Below are positions 35,454 to 40,466 of a DNA stretch of 40,466 nucleotides, one piece after another. The notes beneath the pieces were generated by a model that saw only the letters and a list, made by a program, of their open reading frames with translations, was not told the origin of the DNA and did not search any database. The stretch's first letter is position 1, and each line of letters opens with the position of its first letter. This DNA is from Candidatus Moraniibacteriota bacterium. GTDB lineage: Bacteria > Patescibacteriota > Minisyncoccia > Moranbacterales > JBBINP01. Both the position numbers and the translations under genes were made by a program. Location of the stretch: the NCBI GenBank assembly GCA_037443825.1, contig JBBINP010000003.1:1-40466 (forward strand). Direction: 5' to 3'.

Positions 35454-36900
35454 TGTTTTTATTTACATCAATTAAAAATTTTCCTAAATTCATTTTTCCG
35501 ATGATCATATCTTTTTTAAGATCCGCCCTGTCAACGATATTCACTTGCGTAGAAATAGATATGTTATTTGTGTTAAAATCTATATTTATCTTTGGCCTGA
35601 TTGATGTTCCATGCGCCGAATAAATTACCGCAATATCAGCTAAATCCGGATGTTGGCCCAAATATCTTTTACGCAATCCTTCTTCCACTTTTTTTACTTC
35701 TTCTCGTGAAAAGCCCGCGGGCAATTCCAATTTGTCAAAATAATTAAGCAAATCCTCAAAACCCAGATTAACAGCTAAATTCCTGTCAATAGAAGAAGAA
35801 TGTGCTCCAGTATCTATTTTGGCCTCCACTTCAATTTCTTTCCCGTTTTTGCCGACAAGTTTTACTTTTTCCGTCGCGCCGATGACTTTCCGTCCGGAAA
35901 TATCCTCAACCTCCTCTTCCACTTCCCCTCCAAAAAGATCCATCCCGATTCGCACGCCCTTTTCCGCTGTCAACGCCTTAAGTCCGCTGACTCTCATCAG
36001 ACGCTCTTTCAGTCCAGCCATATTGGCCAATTGAATGGAAAGGCCGGGTCTGGCGTTAAGCTCCAAAAAAACCGGTCCCAAGTCTTTGTCAATGGCGATA
36101 TCCGCTCCCAAAAATCCAAGCTTGGAAATTTCCTGAGCGCGCACCGCCAGTCTTAAAATATCCTGCCAGTAGGGAATTTTGATGCCGGAAAGCGGCATTC
36201 GCGTTTCCGGCACATATTCAATAAACTTCCGTTTGCCAAGAATAGCTGTGGTTGTAACGCCGCTCGCCATGTCAATTCCCAACCCGATCGCTCCCAGCTG
36301 CAAATTGGCTTTCCCCCCTGACTCCTTGGTAGGAAGGCGCAACATCGCCATTACCGGAACTTTATTATACACTATCACGCGAATATCGGGTATTCCGCGA
36401 AAAGCGTAGGGTTTGAACAATTTCAGCAATTTCAACCGTTCCTCAAAAAACGCCGTGTCGGAAGCTCCTGAAAGCAAAAAAGATCCGTCCAGAATATTGC
36501 GAATATGGTTTTTCAAGTCATCTTTCGTTACCAACGACCTGTCAGCTTTAATCCAAACATCCTCGCTGCCGTTTTCGTCCTCATTGCCGAATGAAGCGCC
36601 GCGAGCGACCTTTTTCTTCCCGTAAACAACAAGTATCCCTTCGCCGCCAAAGCCGCGACTGGGTTTTAACGCGAAACTTGACGGCAAAACACTCCAGTCA
36701 AAATTTTCCAGCTCTTCAAGCGTGGAAATTTTAGCCAGCAATTTCGGCACCGGCACGCCGCCCTTTTTCAGCAGTTTTTTACTCGCTATTTTGTCGTCCG
36801 CCAGATTTTTGGCCGACTTCCTGTTGCACGGCCGAATAAATTTCAAATTGCGGGCGTTCATCCCCAAAATAATATTTGCTTTTTGAAAAAAATCCAGCAT
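35404..36900 (-). CDS. Alpha-L-glutamate ligase-like (sugar-transfer-associated) ATP-grasp fused to a retropepsin-like aspartic peptidase domain
   Basis: ILGMNARN, ADDK, GIPDIRVI, AMLRLPTKESGGKANL..GA, LELNARPGLSIQLAN; C-terminal AKIDTGAHSSSID...MIIG. Confidence 0.88.
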   Translation of the reverse strand: MLDFFQKANIILGMNARNLKFIRPCNRKSAKNLADDKIASKKLLKKGGVPVPKLLAKISTLEELENFDWSVLPSSFALKPSRGFGGEGILVVYGKKKVARGASFGNEDENGSEDVWIKADRSLVTKDDLKNHIRNILDGSFLLSGASDTAFFEERLKLLKLFKPYAFRGIPDIRVIVYNKVPVMAMLRLPTKESGGKANLQLGAIGLGIDMASGVTTTAILGKRKFIEYVPETRMPLSGIKIPYWQDILRLAVRAQEISKLGFLGADIAIDKDLGPVFLELNARPGLSIQLANMAGLKERLMRVSGLKALTAEKGVRIGMDLFGGEVEEEVEDISGRKVIGATEKVKLVGKNGKEIEVEAKIDTGAHSSSIDRNLAVNLGFEDLLNYFDKLELPAGFSREEVKKVEEGLRKRYLGQHPDLADIAVIYSAHGTSIRPKINIDFNTNNISISTQVNIVDRADLKKDMIIGKMNLGKFLIDVNKNNEKSFNSFRQKQLADR

Positions 36901-36903
36901 AAA

Positions 36904-37557
36904 TCATCTTGTCTTAAAAATTTCCCTGAAGCGCAAATATTCCGAGAGGCGCAATCCAGTCCATTTTCCTAGAAAAATATTTATTAGCAATGTCAGCAAA
37001 ATTACCCACGGATAGGCAATAATAAAATTGGACAGCGCTTCCCATTTGAGCAGCCAATAGCCAAGCAGAGAAATAAAAAGCGTTTCAATGGCCAGAAAAA
37101 AAGCCGTTCGGTTGTCTTTTTCAATTTGCGCCGCGATGAATTTTTCCACGATAGTGATCATTATTAAAAGAGGAAAAATTGAAACCGCCGCCAGTCCCGT
37201 GCGTTGAAAATACCCCCCGATCGTCAACACCAAAAGCGTCGTAAGGGCGACAACGGAAATGGTGATAGCCACCCGCGGCAAATAAAGCAAACGCATTTTT
37301 TTCAACAAAAACTTAACTGCCATGCCGGCAAGAATAACGCTTATAAAAATTGCTATGCCGTATTTAATGCCGATCGCGAAAAAGGCGAACATAATGATGG
37401 CCGGAGTATAAATTCCAAAGGCCTTAATGCCGACCACCTGCCGCAAAAAAGCGATGAATGTCGCCACTACCGGCAGCATCAGCAAGAGTTTAATTGTTTC
37501 CATGGGAACGCCTTCCGCCAGAAAAAAATTCACGATGGGACTGGTTGGTGCGATCAT
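36904..37557 (-). CDS. 7TM membrane protein (7TM_transglut-like, without the inactive transglutaminase domain)
   Basis: LLMLP, RQVVGIKAFGIYTP, LYLPR, FPLLIM...VE, LGKWTGLRLSEYLRF; start 37557 or 37614. Confidence 0.85.
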   Translation of the reverse strand: MIAPTSPIVNFFLAEGVPMETIKLLLMLPVVATFIAFLRQVVGIKAFGIYTPAIIMFAFFAIGIKYGIAIFISVILAGMAVKFLLKKMRLLYLPRVAITISVVALTTLLVLTIGGYFQRTGLAAVSIFPLLIMITIVEKFIAAQIEKDNRTAFFLAIETLFISLLGYWLLKWEALSNFIIAYPWVILLTLLINIFLGKWTGLRLSEYLRFREIFKTR

Positions 37558-37641
37558 ATGATTTTTAATTTTCCAGCCAAAGCGAAACTTCGCCAAAGCG
37601 ATGGATTTTGACAATAAATTTAAAAATTAAAATCCGCGACA

Positions 37642-38127
37642 TTATTCTAAATCGTTGATTTTTTTGGAATTGAGATGGCAAATGGCAATAGCCAAAGCGT
37701 CTGCCGCGTCATCCGGCCTGGGAATTGATTTAAGTTTCAGAACGTTTTTCACCATTTGCTGAATTTGTTTTTTTTCCGCCCGTCCGTATCCGGTAAGCGC
37801 CTGTTTGATCTGAAGAGGCGTATAACTGGTTATTTTAATTTTTTGTTGCTGCAAAGTCAAGAGGATGGCGCCGCGCGCCTCGCTGACTTTTATCGCCGTT
37901 TTCAAATTTTTAAAAAAGAAAATATCCTCCACAGCCGCTTCTCGGACTTTATATTTTTGGACAATTTTTTTGACATCCCTGCCGATTTCTTCCAGTCGTT
38001 CAGCGGCTTCTTTTCGGACAGAAGTGCTGATGTGGCCAAAAGCCAACGGCTTCGCGCCGCCATTTTTTTCTTCCACCACCGCCCAACCGGTTGTCGCCGT
38101 GCCAGGATCAACGCCCAATATTATCAT
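37642..38127 (-). CDS. ruvC: Holliday junction resolvase RuvC
   Basis: ILGVDPG, AVEDIFF, YTPLQIK..LTGYGRAEK, DDAADALAIAICH. Confidence 0.97.
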   Translation of the reverse strand: MIILGVDPGTATTGWAVVEEKNGGAKPLAFGHISTSVRKEAAERLEEIGRDVKKIVQKYKVREAAVEDIFFFKNLKTAIKVSEARGAILLTLQQQKIKITSYTPLQIKQALTGYGRAEKKQIQQMVKNVLKLKSIPRPDDAADALAIAICHLNSKKINDLE

Positions 38128-38151
38128 AAATTGTAAAATAAATGGTTTTTT

Positions 38152-38718
38152 TTAATCCATTATTTCCGTTTCACGATTTTCCCGCAAATTATCATAAACT
38201 TCTTCCACGTCGCCTTGCTCATCCAGCGCTTCCAGTAATTTTTCATACTGTGTTTCGGTTTCCGCGCCAACCGCCGATGCGTTTTGGGGCTGATATTTTC
38301 CGCCGGAAAAACCGAAGTTCCATGTCACGCTTCCCGGTTCGCCCAATCTTCCCCCAAAATCCGAAAGGATGCTTTTAATTTCGCTCACAGTGCGGTTTTT
38401 GTTGTCAGTCGTGGCTTTAATCACCATCATTATTCCGCCCGGACCATAGGCCTCATAAAAAACATTTTCAATCTCCGCGCCGCCTTTTATTTCGCCGGCG
38501 CCGCGCCTGATAGCTCGTTCAATATTTTCCTTGGGCATGTTGTCGGCGCGCGCGCGATCAACCGCCAATTTCAACCGCAAGTTGGCGTTAACGTTTCCGC
38601 CGCCTTCACGCGCCACCAAAGTGATTATTTTCCCGTGTTTGGTGAAAATTTTGGCGCGCTTGACGTCATTGATTCCTTTTTTGTGCTTGATTCCCGCCCA
38701 ATGCGAATGTCCCGACAT
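38152..38718 (-). CDS. yebC: YebC/PmpR family protein, short form (188 aa)
   Basis: MSGHSHWAGIKHKK, NMPKENIERAI, YEAYGPGG, TDNKNRT, DVEEVYDN. Confidence 0.93.
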   Translation of the reverse strand: MSGHSHWAGIKHKKGINDVKRAKIFTKHGKIITLVAREGGGNVNANLRLKLAVDRARADNMPKENIERAIRRGAGEIKGGAEIENVFYEAYGPGGIMMVIKATTDNKNRTVSEIKSILSDFGGRLGEPGSVTWNFGFSGGKYQPQNASAVGAETETQYEKLLEALDEQGDVEEVYDNLRENRETEIMD

Positions 38719-38879
38719 AATAGATCGTGTTCCAGGTCGCTTTTGTTCCAGATTTTTATTCCGCGAACTTAAAGCAAAACGGGATGCGTTATTTTTAATT
38801 TTAGCATAATCCCGCCTTGACGGGATGATGATTTTTCGCGATTTTTATTGTTTTTCGTCTCTGCCTTTTTTCTTTGTTT

Positions 38880-39467
38880 TCAGGAAAGCCCTTCCCGTAT
38901 TTTTTCCTCAATAATTTCTCCCAGTTCATTGGCTTCATTAATTTCGTTCTTTTTCCGCATGGTCATGATTAAATCCTTAATCGCGTAAGGATCGGGAACG
39001 TTATGAAAAATAAAGCGTTCTTTTTCGGCTGCCGTTTGCACATAGACATCGCCGTAGTTAAGAAAAGTCTGAATGATGCCTTTGACCTCCGTGGTAACGT
39101 CCTGAATTCTTTCCAATTCTAGTTCGCTTACGCGCCGATCAAACAATCCTTTCTGAATAATATTGACTACCCGCTTGTCCGTGACAATCCAGATGTCAAA
39201 ATAATAATCAATCCACACAAAAAAAGCGTACATCCAAATAAAAACAGCGAAAAAGCTTTGCACAAAAAGAAAGGCGGCATAAATTTCGCGCTCCTTGAGA
39301 TCCGGAAATATCTCGGGAAAAACAAAAAAGCCGACAAAAATAAGGAGGGTGAGAAAAAAAATCGTCGTTATTTGCAAAAAAATATCAAACCAATGGCGAT
39401 GATAAACGTCTATTATTTTTTCTTCGTCTTTTATTTCCTTAAAATGATACCTGCCGAAGTCGCGCAT
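38880..39467 (-). CDS. Membrane protein with bacterial PH (bPH_2) domain
   Basis: Two TM helices, then WIVTDKRVV...GLF, IQDV, NYGDVYVQTA. Confidence 0.85.
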   Translation of the reverse strand: MRDFGRYHFKEIKDEEKIIDVYHRHWFDIFLQITTIFFLTLLIFVGFFVFPEIFPDLKEREIYAAFLFVQSFFAVFIWMYAFFVWIDYYFDIWIVTDKRVVNIIQKGLFDRRVSELELERIQDVTTEVKGIIQTFLNYGDVYVQTAAEKERFIFHNVPDPYAIKDLIMTMRKKNEINEANELGEIIEEKIREGLS

Positions 39468-39475
39468 AAAATTGT

Positions 39476-39694
39476 TTAAAAATAATAAAATAAATTTTCA
39501 AAATCAATCATCTGGAAAAGGATGATGTTTGTCAGAATCAGAATCGCCGCTACCGAAATAAAAACGCTCAGCATCAGAGTTGTTGCAAATTTATTGAAAG
39601 AATAACGGACGATATGGAAAATAATAAAAAAGGCGGACAAAATAAAAACACCCAGAATAAAATAATAAAAGATACTGGTGATTTGCGTGATCAT
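39476..39694 (-). CDS. Small membrane protein (72 aa, 2 TM)
   Basis: Co-oriented ORF filling the gap; two hydrophobic helices. Confidence 0.7.
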   Translation of the reverse strand: MITQITSIFYYFILGVFILSAFFIIFHIVRYSFNKFATTLMLSVFISVAAILILTNIILFQMIDFENLFYYF

Positions 39695-39738
39695 AAAAAT
39701 TAGCGGATTTGCAAAAGATTTGCGATTTCGCGGTTTAA

Positions 39739-40466
39739 TTAAATTAATTTCTTTTGATGTTCTTTGGGATAATCATAGCCCAGATGATTATAGGCGTTTT
39801 CCGTCACAACGCGCCCTCGCGGCGTGCGCGCCAAAAATCCGATTTGCAGGAGATATGGTTCATAAACATCCTCGATGGTCTGGATTTCTTCCAGCGTGGC
39901 GGCCGCGATGGTTTGCACTCCCACCGGACCGCCTTTAAATTTATCAATAATGGTTTCCAGGATGCGCCGATCGGCCGGCTCCAGTCCCAAATGATCAATG
40001 TTAAGCATATTCAGTCCTTCCTCGGCAATTTTTTCATCAATCTCGCCGGCGTTCTGTATCTGCGCGTAGTCCCGCACCCTTTTCAGAATGCGATTGGCCA
40101 CGCGCGGAGTCTTCCGGCAGCAAACGGCTATTCTGTCAACGCCGGCCGGACTGATATCTATGTTCAAAATTTTTCCGGAACGTTTGACGATTTTTCCGAT
40201 TTCCGCCTGATTGTAAAAATCCAGCCGATGAATAGCGCCAAAGCGGTTGCGCAACGGATTGGAAATGGATCCCAGTCGCGTAGTCGCTCCAATCAGCGTA
40301 AATTTCGGCAAATCAAGCTGCAAAGCGCGCGCTGACGGTCCTTTGCCGATAATAATGTCCAGTTTGTAATCTTCCATGGCCGGATAGAGAATTTCTTCAA
40401 TGGATTTGTTGAGCCGGTGAATTTCATCCACAAAAAGAACGTCGCCATCCTGAAGATTTGTCAGGA
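39739..40466 (-). CDS. ruvB: Holliday junction helicase RuvB (partial, 5' end outside window)
   Basis: Walker [41 protein letters not shown]. Confidence 0.97.
   Translation of the reverse strand, partial: LTNLQDGDVLFVDEIHRLNKSIEEILYPAMEDYKLDIIIGKGPSARALQLDLPKFTLIGATTRLGSISNPLRNRFGAIHRLDFYNQAEIGKIVKRSGKILNIDISPAGVDRIAVCCRKTPRVANRILKRVRDYAQIQNAGEIDEKIAEEGLNMLNIDHLGLEPADRRILETIIDKFKGGPVGVQTIAAATLEEIQTIEDVYEPYLLQIGFLARTPRGRVVTENAYNHLGYDYPKEHQKKLI

Noticed and set aside
29528-40466. Dispersed ruvA, ruvC and ruvB as a novel arrangement
   Set aside because: Split ruv genes are common; yebC-ruvC adjacency is standard

Overview
Chromosomal segment of a reduced-genome bacterium, most consistent with Patescibacteria/CPR (probably Parcubacteria). 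This assignment is inferred from gene content; TGA is used as a stop, so standard code 11 applies. Almost all genes are on the minus strand. The housekeeping backbone is hup, rny, gpmI, clpP, tig, a K+-independent membrane pyrophosphatase, nusA, htpX, lemA, murE, a FemX-like ligase, ruvA, a class A PBP, ruvC, a short yebC and partial ruvB. Five accessory modules stand out. (1) Five TrbC/VirB2-like pilin genes lie next to a VirB6-like protein. They include a head-to-tail ~405-410 bp duplication that produced a chimeric pilin without a signal peptide, with almost only non-synonymous changes at its ends and a perfect DnaA box in each duplicated terminator loop. (2) A four-gene operon encodes a 7TM protein and three ATP-grasp ligases, one fused to an aspartic-peptidase-like domain and one to a DUF3541-like domain; it is a candidate peptide or polyglutamate polymer system next to cell-wall genes. 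(3) A Memo-CapA fusion and a frameshifted surface protein sit between lemA and htpX. (4) Two self-contained cassettes (an orphan two-gene operon and a Mesh1-like HD hydrolase) have boxA-like leaders. (5) There is a candidate ~190-nt structured ncRNA and a candidate nusA leader attenuator. I saw no tRNA, rRNA, CRISPR array, integrase or transposase. All family calls come from motif recognition by eye, not database searches.
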